Shown here one piece after another: positions 1 to 8,774 of a stretch of DNA of 24,000 bases. Source of the DNA: Parasalinivibrio latis (lineage in GTDB: Bacteria > Pseudomonadota > Gammaproteobacteria > Enterobacterales > Vibrionaceae). The DNA is taken from positions 842,216 through 866,215 of the forward strand of contig NZ_CP098813.1 in assembly GCF_036825535.1 (NCBI RefSeq). Direction: 5' to 3'. Position 1 is the stretch's first letter, and every line of letters begins with the position of its first letter. A program made the translations under genes and the position numbers. The notes beneath the pieces were generated by a model, which was not told the origin of the DNA, ran no database searches, and worked only from the letters and a program-made list of their open reading frames with translations.

Positions 1-1
1 G

Positions 2-181
2 ACCCTCCAGGCGTCTGCACATACAGCTAATGGACAGGCAACAAAATTTAAAGGTGGAGGCCGGCAAGATGACGTATTCCACCCTGTCCCTTTGCCGTTG
101 CAGCATATCCACAAAAGGATAAAAGCGGCATTTGACCCTAAGGGGATTTTTAATCCCGGCCGATCGTACAGCTGGTTATGA
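2..181 (+). CDS. glcE: Glycolate oxidase FAD-binding subunit GlcE, C-terminal fragment (5' end lies outside the window)
   Basis: The frame is open from the left edge and translates to ...PLPLQHIHKRIKAAFDPKGIFNPGRSYSWL with stop TGA at 179-181. The FDPxGIFNPGR tail is typical of GlcE and FAD-linked oxidase C-termini. It sits directly upstream of glcF, as in glcDEF operons. It is absent from the ORF track because it has no in-window start. Confidence 0.75.
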   Translation, partial: TLQASAHTANGQATKFKGGGRQDDVFHPVPLPLQHIHKRIKAAFDPKGIFNPGRSYSWL

Positions 182-206
182 TGAAACCTGTTCAGGAGAC
201 ACATGG

Positions 207-1415
207 ATGAAAACCCAGCTTGATGTTGCCCACCACACTCCGGAAGGCCGGGAGGCAGAAGCCATCCTCCGCAGTTGTGTACATTGTGGATTTTGTACGG
301 CGACCTGTCCCACCTACCAGGAGCTTCACGATGAGCGTGATGGTCCACGGGGAAGGATTTACCTGATTAAACAGTTGCTGGAAGGTGGAGAGGTCACCGA
401 GAACACTCGGGTCCATCTGGACCGGTGCCTGCAGTGCCGAAGCTGTGAAACAACCTGCCCATCCGGAGTGGAGTACGGCAGGCTGCTGGATTATGGACGG
501 GCAGTGCTGGAGAAGCAGCTTCCCCGTACGCGCGAGGATCAATTTAAACGCTGGGCGATTCGGAAAATCCTGCCTTACGCCAGTCTTTTCGGTAGCTTAC
601 TCAAAGCTGGCCAGCTTTTCCGGCCGTTGCTGCCAGAAGTGATAAAGCGCAAAGTACCGGAGAAACAAAACATTTCATCGCCGTGGCCATCAAACAGCCA
701 TAGGCGAAAGATGGTTGTGCTGACTGGGTGCGCCCAACCCTCTGCGACGCCACAAACCAATCTCTCTGCTGCGCGGGTGCTGGACAAACTTGGGATTTCG
801 CTGGTGGAGGTACCTAAAGCCGGATGTTGTGGTGCGGTAAGCTATCACCTGAGCGCCAGGGAAGAAGGCCTGGACTTTGCTCGCCGTAATATTGATGCCT
901 GGTGGCCAGCGGTTGAAGCCGGTGCCGAGGCGATTGTCATGACGGCGTCCGGATGTGGTTCCATGGTGAAAGAGTATGGACACCTTCTAAAGCATGACAG
1001 GGATTATTCAAACAAGGCAGAAAAAATCAGCGACATAACCTGTGATCTCAGTGAAATTCTGCTGGACGAGGATTTGTCGCGACTTGCCCTTCCAGTTGCC
1101 GAGGGGCGGGTGGCAGTCCACTGTCCATGCTCACTGCAACATGGGCAAAAACTGCCTGCAAGCGTTGAAGCTGTGCTGGAAAAAGCAGGAATACCTCTCG
1201 CGAAGACGACCGATTCCCATTTTTGCTGCGGCTCGGCGGGCACTTATTCGCTGCTGCAACCGGCAATGAGTAAACAGCTTCTTTCCAACAAGATTCGAGC
1301 CCTGACCATGGAGGACCCGGACGTAATCGCTACCGCAAACATAGGTTGCCAACTCCATTTGGCCAGCGGTACTGAAACGCCAGTCAGGCACTGGATCGAA
1401 CTTTTAGACAAATAA
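207..1415 (+). CDS. glcF: Glycolate oxidase iron-sulfur subunit GlcF
   Basis: Two ferredoxin-type 4Fe-4S motifs are present (CVHCGFCTATCP and CLQCRSCETTCP). CCG-domain motifs are also present (GCCGAVSYH, HCPCSLQH, CCGSAGTY). The protein is colinear with E. coli GlcF as I recall it. I place the start at ATG 207 (MKTQLD...), matching the homolog N-terminus; the ORF-track start at 132 overlaps the glcE stop. Confidence 0.92.
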   Translation: MKTQLDVAHHTPEGREAEAILRSCVHCGFCTATCPTYQELHDERDGPRGRIYLIKQLLEGGEVTENTRVHLDRCLQCRSCETTCPSGVEYGRLLDYGRAVLEKQLPRTREDQFKRWAIRKILPYASLFGSLLKAGQLFRPLLPEVIKRKVPEKQNISSPWPSNSHRRKMVVLTGCAQPSATPQTNLSAARVLDKLGISLVEVPKAGCCGAVSYHLSAREEGLDFARRNIDAWWPAVEAGAEAIVMTASGCGSMVKEYGHLLKHDRDYSNKAEKISDITCDLSEILLDEDLSRLALPVAEGRVAVHCPCSLQHGQKLPASVEAVLEKAGIPLAKTTDSHFCCGSAGTYSLLQPAMSKQLLSNKIRALTMEDPDVIATANIGCQLHLASGTETPVRHWIELLDK

Positions 1416-1427
1416 ATTCCCCCAATT

Positions 1428-1454
1428 TGTCCGTTTTGTCATTTCCTGCACGTC
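1428..1454 (+). promoter_or_regulatory. Candidate ECF-type promoter (TGTCCG-N17-CGTC) upstream of the VOC gene
   Basis: TGTCCG at 1428-1433 and CGTC at 1451-1454 are separated by 17 nt. This resembles the TGTC..-N16/17-CGTC pattern I recall for ECF41/ECF42-type sigma factors. The CGTC also forms one arm of a 7-bp hairpin (ACGTCTT 1450-1456 / AAGACGT 1464-1470), which could instead be a weak glcF terminator. Confidence 0.2.
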
Positions 1455-1521
1455 TTTATGTTGAAGACGTTATTTGGGCCAATTGACCATGCTTAAGTAA
1501 ATTGCACACAAGGAGATGACA

Positions 1522-1908
1522 ATGAGTGATGCCCCAAATGCCATGCAAACCCATGGTGCTCCCAGCTGGATACAACATAACAGTGAAAATCCCGCCGAAG
1601 CACGGCGCTTTTACCAGCAAGTGCTGGGCTGGAATGTCGAAGATGTTCCAATGAAAGCCGGAGGGACTTATTCGGTGATAAAAGTGGGGGAGATGCCGGT
1701 AGGCGGTTTTAATCCGGTACCAGAATCTGAACCAAGCTGGCTGAATTACATTACGGTTGAAGATGTTGATGCCTGTGTAGATCGTGCCGAAAGTCTGGCA
1801 GCCAAAGTGCTGAAGCCTTGCGATGATTACCCGGGAGTTGGGCGTATTGCAGTCATCCAGGATCCTTTAGGCGCAGTAATTGCTCTGATCACTTACGAAC
1901 AGTCTTAG
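1522..1908 (+). CDS. VOC (glyoxalase/bleomycin-resistance/dioxygenase fold) family protein
   Basis: The translation shows the pattern typical of small single-domain VOC proteins: ...FYQQVLGWNVEDVPMKAGGTYSVIKVGEMPVGG...WLNYITVEDVDACVDRAESLAAKVLKP..YPGVGRIAVIQDPLGAVIALI. The AAGGAG RBS at 1510-1515 abuts ATG 1516, so ATG 1522 (6-nt spacing) is the more likely start. Confidence 0.75.
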   Translation: MSDAPNAMQTHGAPSWIQHNSENPAEARRFYQQVLGWNVEDVPMKAGGTYSVIKVGEMPVGGFNPVPESEPSWLNYITVEDVDACVDRAESLAAKVLKPCDDYPGVGRIAVIQDPLGAVIALITYEQS

Positions 1909-1932
1909 TATTTTTCCTTTAATCCGCCATTT

Positions 1933-1961
1933 GCCCAGGCGTAAAAAGCCCGGGCTCTTTT
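1933..1961 (+). terminator. Probable intrinsic terminator after the VOC gene
   Basis: GCCCAGGC (1933-1940) pairs with GCCCGGGC (1948-1955) as an 8-bp stem with one mismatch and a 7-nt loop. It is followed by TCTTTTG. Confidence 0.45.
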
Positions 1962-2184
1962 GCGTTCTGGTTTTTCCTAGAAAACAAACTGGATAAAGAA
2001 TAGGACGCTAACCGGGTGATCATCCCGCTATAGTGAAATATCAGGGAGTTATACCCAAATCACTTCAAGGTGCGTGTTTTATAGCCATTGGATCGTCAAA
2101 ACAGCACCTTGACTGACAGCCAATCAACTCTCGCTGAAACCTGCACCCTAAAGTGGTTTGGGTCTATTTACCAAGGAGGACTGG

Positions 2185-2535
2185 ATGAAATATGCATTGC
2201 TGATATACGGAAGCGAACAGTTTGTCTCTGAAATGACAGCTGAAGAAGGGGAAAAAATGCTTGAAAAGCACCTCTCCACGCGCGGGAAAATGGAAGCGTC
2301 CGGGGAGTTTGTGGGATCTGCCCGTCTGGAGCCAACGCATGATGCTGTCACAGTCAGTGCGGATGAAGACGGCTATCCGCTGGTAACCGATGGCCCGTTT
2401 GCAGAAACCAAGGAACAGTTTCTTGGCTACTATGTGGTGGAATGTGAATCCATTGAAAAGGCAGCAGAATACGCAAAAGGACTGCCGTTGAAAAAACACA
2501 AGGTGGAAGTTCGTCCGATAGGATGGTGCTTATAG
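2185..2535 (+). CDS. YciI family (YCII-related / DGPF domain) protein
   Basis: MKYALLIYGSE... at the N-terminus and the ...LVTDGPFAETKEQFLGYYVVEC... DGPF signature are both present, and the size is about 116 aa. AAGGAGGA at 2173-2180 precedes ATG 2185; the ORF-track start at 2158 has no RBS. The stop lies 1 nt before the sigma factor ATG. Confidence 0.85.
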   Translation: MKYALLIYGSEQFVSEMTAEEGEKMLEKHLSTRGKMEASGEFVGSARLEPTHDAVTVSADEDGYPLVTDGPFAETKEQFLGYYVVECESIEKAAEYAKGLPLKKHKVEVRPIGWCL

Positions 2536-2536
2536 G

Positions 2537-3781
2537 ATGGCAGGTCCTGAGCAAATCGAAGACATTTTAGCGCACTCAAGACCCCGCTTGATTGGTACGC
2601 TTTACCGACATCTCGGGGATTTTTCCCTTGCCGAAGATGTCTGGCAGGAAGCTGCGCTCAAGGCGTTTACCCAATGGCCGGAAGGTGGGTTGCCTGAACA
2701 CCCCGAGGCTTGGTTGCTCACTGTTGCAAGGCACCGTGCCATTGATATCTTCCGGCGTGAAAAACGTATGGTGGCGTTTGAAGAAGGCGATGAGTGGAAG
2801 CTGCCAACTGATGATACCGACGATGAAGTGCTAATTTACCGGGATGATATCCTGAGACTGATGTTTATCTGCAGCCATGAGTCTCTGTCGGCAGAGCAGC
2901 AGGTATTGCTGGCACTCAATGCTATTGCGGGTTTCTCTTCACAGATATTAGCCCGCGCATTTATGACGTCACATGCCGCCATGGAGAAGCGCCTCAGCAG
3001 GTTGAAAAATACGGCGTTTCAGGCAGAGGTCCAGTGGGATGCCCCCTTTTTGGATTCCCGCAGGCAAAGTGCGGTAAAAGCGATGCTGTATTTGATGTTT
3101 AACGAGGGTTACGGCGGTGTAGAGAGTGAACCGGCGTTAAAAAACCGTATTTGTGAACAGGCCATTAACCTGATACGCCTGCTTAACACCCTTTGCCCTG
3201 ACCGCCCTGAAACACAAGGTTTACTCGCCCTTTGCCTGTTCAACCACAGCCGCCGCGATGCCCGTTGGGATGGGGATGGACGGTTGGTGTCACTGGACAA
3301 TCAGGAACGCAAGTTGTGGGATCAATCAATGATTGCTGAAGCTCACGCATTGGTCCAGCATGCACTTACTCGAAGCCAGCCCGGATATTATCTTCTTCAG
3401 GCATGTATATCGGGTATCCATGCAGCGGCTGTTTCCCCAGAGTTGACTGACTGGAAAGAGATTTTGCTGTTTTATGATTTGATGGAACTGCGTTATCCGT
3501 CCCCAGTGGTGTCCCTGAACAGATCGGTTGCGCTCGCCCATGTGGCTGGTGCTGAAAGGGCGCTGCCTTTAGTCACCGGTTTAGAGTCAAGGTTAAAAAA
3601 TTACCCCTATTATTATTCGACGCTTGGCCATCTATATCAGATGAAAGGTGATTTAAATGGCGCTAAAAGTGCATTTTTATTAGCGAGAAAAGTTGTGTTA
3701 AATAAAAATGAAATCGAATTCCTGGATATGGAAATAGACAGAATTGAAAATGCGTCCAAACAAAAAAAGAGAAAATTGTGA
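2537..3781 (+). CDS. ECF sigma factor with long C-terminal (TPR-like/DUF6596-type) extension, ECF42-like
   Basis: The sigma-2 region is present (DVWQEAALKAFTQWP...PEAWLLTVARHRAIDIFRREKR). The sigma-4 HTH is present (LSAEQQVLLALNAIAGFSSQILARAFMTSHAAMEKRLSRLKNTA). About 230 further residues follow. The gene is translationally coupled to a YciI/DGPF gene, which is the context described for group ECF42. Confidence 0.85.
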   Translation: MAGPEQIEDILAHSRPRLIGTLYRHLGDFSLAEDVWQEAALKAFTQWPEGGLPEHPEAWLLTVARHRAIDIFRREKRMVAFEEGDEWKLPTDDTDDEVLIYRDDILRLMFICSHESLSAEQQVLLALNAIAGFSSQILARAFMTSHAAMEKRLSRLKNTAFQAEVQWDAPFLDSRRQSAVKAMLYLMFNEGYGGVESEPALKNRICEQAINLIRLLNTLCPDRPETQGLLALCLFNHSRRDARWDGDGRLVSLDNQERKLWDQSMIAEAHALVQHALTRSQPGYYLLQACISGIHAAAVSPELTDWKEILLFYDLMELRYPSPVVSLNRSVALAHVAGAERALPLVTGLESRLKNYPYYYSTLGHLYQMKGDLNGAKSAFLLARKVVLNKNEIEFLDMEIDRIENASKQKKRKL

Positions 3782-3927
3782 ATCCAAGGAAGAGTCATTA
3801 CCTTAACGGAATGTTAATAATATGTGGCTAGTGTTGTCTGGGGATGGCTTGGTGTTGAAGTTAGATGTTCTAATACTGGTATCATATGATATGAGTTGAA
3901 AAATCATATCGCTAACTTACTAATATA

Positions 3928-3953
3928 TATAAAAATGCCGGAATGATTCCGGC
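3928..3953 (-). terminator. Intrinsic terminator, best oriented for the minus-strand SBP-MCP transcript
   Basis: GCCGGAA-TGA-TTCCGGC forms a perfect 7-bp GC-rich stem at 3937-3953. On the minus strand it is followed by ATTTTTATATAT. On the plus strand it is followed by AAAACGG, with no U-tract. It lies about 290 nt downstream of the MCP stop. Confidence 0.5.
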
Positions 3954-4245
3954 AAAACGGATAGGTTGAAGCACAGCTGCACTTCTGAATTAAATGTAAT
4001 TAAATAAAATTACAATCGAATTATAATCACAAAACAGAACTTGACTGTTTCAAAATTAAAACAGTCAGATAAAAATAGCCATGTTGTCTTGTTTTCTCTC
4101 CTGAATATTTACGCTGTGTTTAATAACACAGATATTAATAAAAGGTTTATTTACCTGATTTGGTAATTATAAATTGTATCTATGCGCATATCTTAGTATT
4201 AAAATGAATTAATATGAGTATATGGGCCAACATAAATGATGCGCG

Positions 4246-7173
4246 CTAAAAGCTGGGCCAATATTCACCATCCTCAGAGTCATCAAACCTTGGTGAGATC
4301 GGCTGTTCAGTATTGACACTCTCAGCTTTTACTTTTTTATTTTTGCGCTTTTTCTTACTGTGTTTTGTATCTGGGACCAAACGGGCTTCTTTATCATCTT
4401 TGATCGTAAAGAAGCGAACTATCTCACTCATATCTTCTGACTGAGCCTGCATGGTTTCGCTCGCGGTCGTGGCCTGCTGAACCAAAGCTGCGTTTTGCTG
4501 GGTCATGGCATCCATGCGCGCAATGACTTCATTGACTTGTTCAATACCCACACTCTGTTCTTGGGCTGCGTTAGAGATTTCAGCCATCTTTCGCTGAACT
4601 TCCTCGACTGTTTTGACTATTTCAGTCAGGGTCTTTCCTGACTCATTGACCAACGATGCACCACCTTCCACCTTAAGGTTGCTGTCTTCGATCAGGTCTT
4701 TTATCTGTTTTGCGGCGGATGCTGAGCGTTGTGCAAGGTTTCGGACTTCGCCGGCAACCACGGCAAATCCTCGGCCCTGTTCTCCCGCCCTGGCAGCCTC
4801 AACAGCTGCATTTAGTGCCAGCAAGTTGGTTTGGAAAGCGATCTCGTCAATAACACTGATAATATTGGATATTTTTGCGCTGGCTGCACTGATATCTTCC
4901 ATTGCAGTGATAGTGCGGGAGATGACCTCTCCTCCCTCCCTGGCTTTTATACTGGCAGCTTCGCTGAGAGAGTTGGCGGTAAGGGCATTTTCAGCACTTT
5001 GACGGACGGTGCCTGTCATCTGTTCCATGCTGGAGGCGGTTTGTTGTAACGCAGCGGATTGCGCCTCTGTACGTTCACTGAGGTCACGGTTCCCAGTGGC
5101 TATTTCATTGGAAGAATTGGTAACGGTTGAGACATTTTCACGAATGTTGGCGATGACTTCAGTTAAGCGATCACTGGTGCTGTTTGCATCGTCTTTAAGC
5201 TGGCCTAACCGGCCCTTATAGTCGCGTTTAATACGCTTGGTGAGATCACCTCTAGCCATAGCACTGAAAATGCGCTGCATATCGATCACCGCTTCTTCGA
5301 TTGTGGACGAGAGGTTGTTTAACCCTGTTGTCAAAGTGAGGAAGAAACCGTCTTTGCCGTCAACAGAAACACGTTTTGAAAAGTCTCCCCGACTGGCCGA
5401 TTCAATAACTTTGTCAATTTCCCTTTCTATTTCCACTTCTGCGGTACGGTCAGTCCACTCCACTACGGTGCCAAGCCGTTCACCTTTTTTGTTGAGTATA
5501 GGGTTGGCGGTCAGACCCATAATAAGGTTTCCAACGGCGAATTCGGTATAGTGTGTATCAGAGAGGTTACTGAGAATCTCCCTTTGGAGCTCTGGATGTT
5601 GGTGGAAGATATCTATAGGCTGTCCAAGGATACTTGAAGCTTCAAAATCTGGAATCAAAGCAGCGAAATCATTTGAAGCTTCTTCCAGCATGGTCAGTGA
5701 GGCTCGGTTGATATAAATAATGTTGTGGCTGGTATCGGTGATCATTGTATTGGTTGAAACATTATCCAGCGCTTGCCTTACCCGGGCGTTTTCTTCCACA
5801 ATCAGCTTTGAACGTGCTTCAGTTTCTTTCTTATTGCGCTCTATTTGCTCAACATTTTCCAATGATGTATTCGTCGCATCTTTAATATGAAGCAGGTCTC
5901 CTTTCAGCTCTGCATCTATTCTTTTGCTGAAGTCGCCATTCGCCAAGCTTTCCATTACCTTTTTAATCTGGACGACAGCAGTTTGGGTTGTCTCCATTAG
6001 TGTATTTACGGCAGCGGCTGATTGGCCAATTTCGTCTGAACTGCGTACTTTCATCCTGACACTGTAGTCACCGTCCTCGGCTGCTTTTAGCAGATTGCGG
6101 GTAAGTTCAGAAATAGGGCCGGTAACCGATCGGGTGAAAAGAATGGCAATGGTAATCACCGAAATAACTGCAATGGTGATAATTAAGCCAATCTGTTCAC
6201 GTAATAATGTGACAGGAGCAAAAGCTTCTGACTCGTTAACTTCGGCGATTAACGCCCAGGAATCGTCGCCAACCTTTACGGGGGTGTAGGCCGATAGCAC
6301 GGTCGTATCCATGTAGTCTTTGATGATTCCATCACCTGTCTCCCCGAGAATTGCTGCGTTGGATGCGACTGTGTCAACAGAGCCGGTTGAGGGGGAAACA
6401 AATGATGCTAACACTGAGTGAGTGTCAGGAGAGAGAGAGGAATCTGAACGCATGAGCCTGTCTGGCCCGACAAGGTACGTCTCCCCCGTTTCACCCATAC
6501 CGGTGCGTTCGGACATAATGCTGTTGATAGTGTTCAATGACAGTCGCAACACGACAACAGCTGTTATTTCACCACTCAGATTGGTTACCGGGGAGGCGAT
6601 ATAGGCCGCAGGTTCGCCATCCAACTCGATATAGCGGGAAAAGTCCTCTATGACAACCTCACGGTTTTCAAGCGTTTTTCGCCAGACTTGGGCGAGTCCG
6701 CTTTCCTCAAAATCGCCGTTCTTCAGATTGGCACCAAGATCCTCGTTACGGGTTGCACTGAATATGACGTGGCCGTTGTCGGAGGTGATTATGTAAAGGT
6801 CTTCATATCCATAAACATCCACGTAGTTAAGTAAAGTTAATCCCCCGACCCAGATTTCTTCGTATTCAAAGGAGTTAACAAAAAACGACTCGTCACTTTG
6901 GACCTCTTCGTCAATTTCATAAAACTTGAGTAATCGCCGCATTTTTTTGACATCTTCACTTCCCGCCAGGATGCGGATATCGTCAAATGCCCGTTCGAAA
7001 TAGCCTTCTATCTGGCTTTTTTTAATCTCCCGCAAACTAACAAGCTGGGCGAACGCCTGGGCTTTCAGAGATGAGCTGGATTGCGACAATGAAATCTGCC
7101 CTATTACCAGAACAGGAACTAAACCAACAAGTAGAAAAATAAGCAGCAGTTTGGCGCGAATTTTCAGGGTCAT
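4246..7173 (-). CDS. Methyl-accepting chemotaxis protein: TM, periplasmic Cache-type domain, TM, HAMP, PAS, HAMP-like repeats, MCP signalling domain, Lys-rich tether and C-terminal YWPSF
   Basis: The N-terminal TM helix is [18 protein letters not shown] periplasmic region of about 300 aa follows, then a second TM helix ([19 protein letters not shown]). GD(F/L)(S/T)KR(I/V) HAMP-type motifs occur three times. A PAS-like block is present ([21 protein letters not shown]...). The highly conserved MCP hairpin is present ([44 protein letters not shown]). Confidence 0.95.
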   Translation of the reverse strand: MTLKIRAKLLLIFLLVGLVPVLVIGQISLSQSSSSLKAQAFAQLVSLREIKKSQIEGYFERAFDDIRILAGSEDVKKMRRLLKFYEIDEEVQSDESFFVNSFEYEEIWVGGLTLLNYVDVYGYEDLYIITSDNGHVIFSATRNEDLGANLKNGDFEESGLAQVWRKTLENREVVIEDFSRYIELDGEPAAYIASPVTNLSGEITAVVVLRLSLNTINSIMSERTGMGETGETYLVGPDRLMRSDSSLSPDTHSVLASFVSPSTGSVDTVASNAAILGETGDGIIKDYMDTTVLSAYTPVKVGDDSWALIAEVNESEAFAPVTLLREQIGLIITIAVISVITIAILFTRSVTGPISELTRNLLKAAEDGDYSVRMKVRSSDEIGQSAAAVNTLMETTQTAVVQIKKVMESLANGDFSKRIDAELKGDLLHIKDATNTSLENVEQIERNKKETEARSKLIVEENARVRQALDNVSTNTMITDTSHNIIYINRASLTMLEEASNDFAALIPDFEASSILGQPIDIFHQHPELQREILSNLSDTHYTEFAVGNLIMGLTANPILNKKGERLGTVVEWTDRTAEVEIEREIDKVIESASRGDFSKRVSVDGKDGFFLTLTTGLNNLSSTIEEAVIDMQRIFSAMARGDLTKRIKRDYKGRLGQLKDDANSTSDRLTEVIANIRENVSTVTNSSNEIATGNRDLSERTEAQSAALQQTASSMEQMTGTVRQSAENALTANSLSEAASIKAREGGEVISRTITAMEDISAASAKISNIISVIDEIAFQTNLLALNAAVEAARAGEQGRGFAVVAGEVRNLAQRSASAAKQIKDLIEDSNLKVEGGASLVNESGKTLTEIVKTVEEVQRKMAEISNAAQEQSVGIEQVNEVIARMDAMTQQNAALVQQATTASETMQAQSEDMSEIVRFFTIKDDKEARLVPDTKHSKKKRKNKKVKAESVNTEQPISPRFDDSEDGEYWPSF

Positions 7174-7214
7174 AATTTCCTGCTCCGTTGCCTGTCAGTA
7201 AGAAGACTCGGCTA

Positions 7215-8774
7215 TTACTTTTTTACCGACCAGTGTTCGTCAGTAACTTCAATTTCCCACAACGGCATTGTTGCCATTCTGTATGGGGCGTATTCCACTT
7301 CTTTGTTAACCGCCAATACTTTGTTGGGGGCAGGTACGAACAACATGTAGCCGTTGTCATAAACGTGACGCATGATTTTTTCTGTAACGACTGTGAATTG
7401 CTCTGTTCCCACCGTCTCTCGGAACATTTCTTCAATGTAGCCGTCCAGAGTTGGATCAGGAAAAATGGTGCTCCAGTAATTGTGGGTGCGGTAAACGATG
7501 AAAGCTGACCAGGGATGGTTGTAATACCAATCATCATCCCCCCAAACGAGGAGATCCCAATCCTCAGAATTTTGTCCGGCATTGGTGGAAAGAAGCTGGT
7601 TGAATATATCTTTCTCGCTTGACGTGATTTCAAAGTTCAGGGAGACGCCGACCTTTCTCAGGTCACGTGCGATGCCTTTCCAGATAAACATAAAGCGGTC
7701 CTGGGTGAGCACCTTAAGCTCAAGCCCGTCGAGAATACCTTTCAGTTCTTCTCGGATGGACTTGGGATCCTGAACCTCAGAATAGGGCTTCAGGGTCTTA
7801 ACAACTTCTGACACTCCCGGATAGAGGGGGGCTGCAAGTGTCGGCTTTAACTGACCTTCACCATCAAAATATTTACTGAGCAGTTTGGACTGATCGATGG
7901 CGCGGTTCAGCGCTACCCGCACCTCTTTGTTCAGCAGTTTTTGATTGCCATTGCGAAGATTCATATGAATAGCGATGTTGTTTGTGGACGGTGCGGAAAC
8001 CAGGTTAGTAAATGGAGAATCATTCACCCTTACCTTTTCAGAAAACGGTGCGGGCATAATGTCCAGTTTGCCTTCGTTGTCGAGGATCATTTCCATCGCA
8101 ATGTCTGATTGAAGCTCGGTGTAAATCGTAACTTTTTCAACGTTAGGGTAATCGGAATTCCAGTAATTTGGGTTAGCCACCAATACTGCCTTCGAAGTTT
8201 GTCTATCCCCTTCGATATAGCCTTCCTTCAAGATGTAAGGCCCCAGCCCATAAGGGCCGGCCTCAGCAAGATTGGGACATGTTGCTTTCCCGTTCCAGCC
8301 AAACTTTTTCAGGTAAGTTTCGGTATAAAACTGGATCCAGATAGCATCATTTAAAAACTGTCCGTATTTTTCCTTGAGATGAAAGCGTACGGTGTAATCG
8401 TCTATTTTCTCGACCCTGTCATAGACGGAGTCTATTTTGGTGAACAGAAAAGGCTTTTTCTTGAAATAAGCCATATTCATAAGAACAGCATCGGCGTTGA
8501 ATGCGGTTCCGTCCTGGAATTTGACACCTTTTCTCAGGGTGAACTCATAGGTCCGTTCATCAACCTTCACGTGGTTGGTAGCCATGTCATAATCCCAGCC
8601 ACGTTCATTGTTGGCTGGTTTGAGCAATGCTCCGTTAATAGAATGCGACACAACTATGTAAGGCAGGCTGGGAATAAATACTTTGATATGAGAGCCTGGA
8701 ACCGGGGCGGCGACAGCGCTGGCAGTGACAATAGAGCACACAGAAATGCATAAAGCCAGGACCGCAGCACGCAT
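7215..8774 (-). CDS. Periplasmic solute-binding protein, ABC-type family 5 (peptide/nickel/oligosaccharide, DppA/OppA-like), with no adjacent permease or ATPase genes
   Basis: A signal peptide is present (MRAAVLALCISVCSIVTASAVAAP). The family-5 signature region YEFTLRKGVKFQDGTAFNADAV is present, as is ...VLVANPNYW.... The length is 519 aa. A GGAGG RBS lies 7 nt upstream of the start. The gene stops 41 nt upstream of the MCP start with no intervening terminator. Confidence 0.88.
   Translation of the reverse strand: MRAAVLALCISVCSIVTASAVAAPVPGSHIKVFIPSLPYIVVSHSINGALLKPANNERGWDYDMATNHVKVDERTYEFTLRKGVKFQDGTAFNADAVLMNMAYFKKKPFLFTKIDSVYDRVEKIDDYTVRFHLKEKYGQFLNDAIWIQFYTETYLKKFGWNGKATCPNLAEAGPYGLGPYILKEGYIEGDRQTSKAVLVANPNYWNSDYPNVEKVTIYTELQSDIAMEMILDNEGKLDIMPAPFSEKVRVNDSPFTNLVSAPSTNNIAIHMNLRNGNQKLLNKEVRVALNRAIDQSKLLSKYFDGEGQLKPTLAAPLYPGVSEVVKTLKPYSEVQDPKSIREELKGILDGLELKVLTQDRFMFIWKGIARDLRKVGVSLNFEITSSEKDIFNQLLSTNAGQNSEDWDLLVWGDDDWYYNHPWSAFIVYRTHNYWSTIFPDPTLDGYIEEMFRETVGTEQFTVVTEKIMRHVYDNGYMLFVPAPNKVLAVNKEVEYAPYRMATMPLWEIEVTDEHWSVKK

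Noticed and set aside
132-206. ORF-track N-terminal extensions: 132 for glcF, 2158 for YciI, GTG 14012 for the transporter, GTG 17637 for iolD, 20132 for iolG and 21215 for the symporter.
   Set aside because: Each extension lacks an RBS, overlaps an upstream stop or terminator, or adds residues absent from the homolog N-termini I recall. Internal ATGs with well-placed Shine-Dalgarno sequences match the expected N-termini.
3822-3899. A 25-codon ORF (MWLVLSGDGLVLKLDVLILVSYDMS) lies in the AT-rich spacer.
   Set aside because: It has no Shine-Dalgarno sequence and nothing else to support it. ORFs of this length arise by chance.
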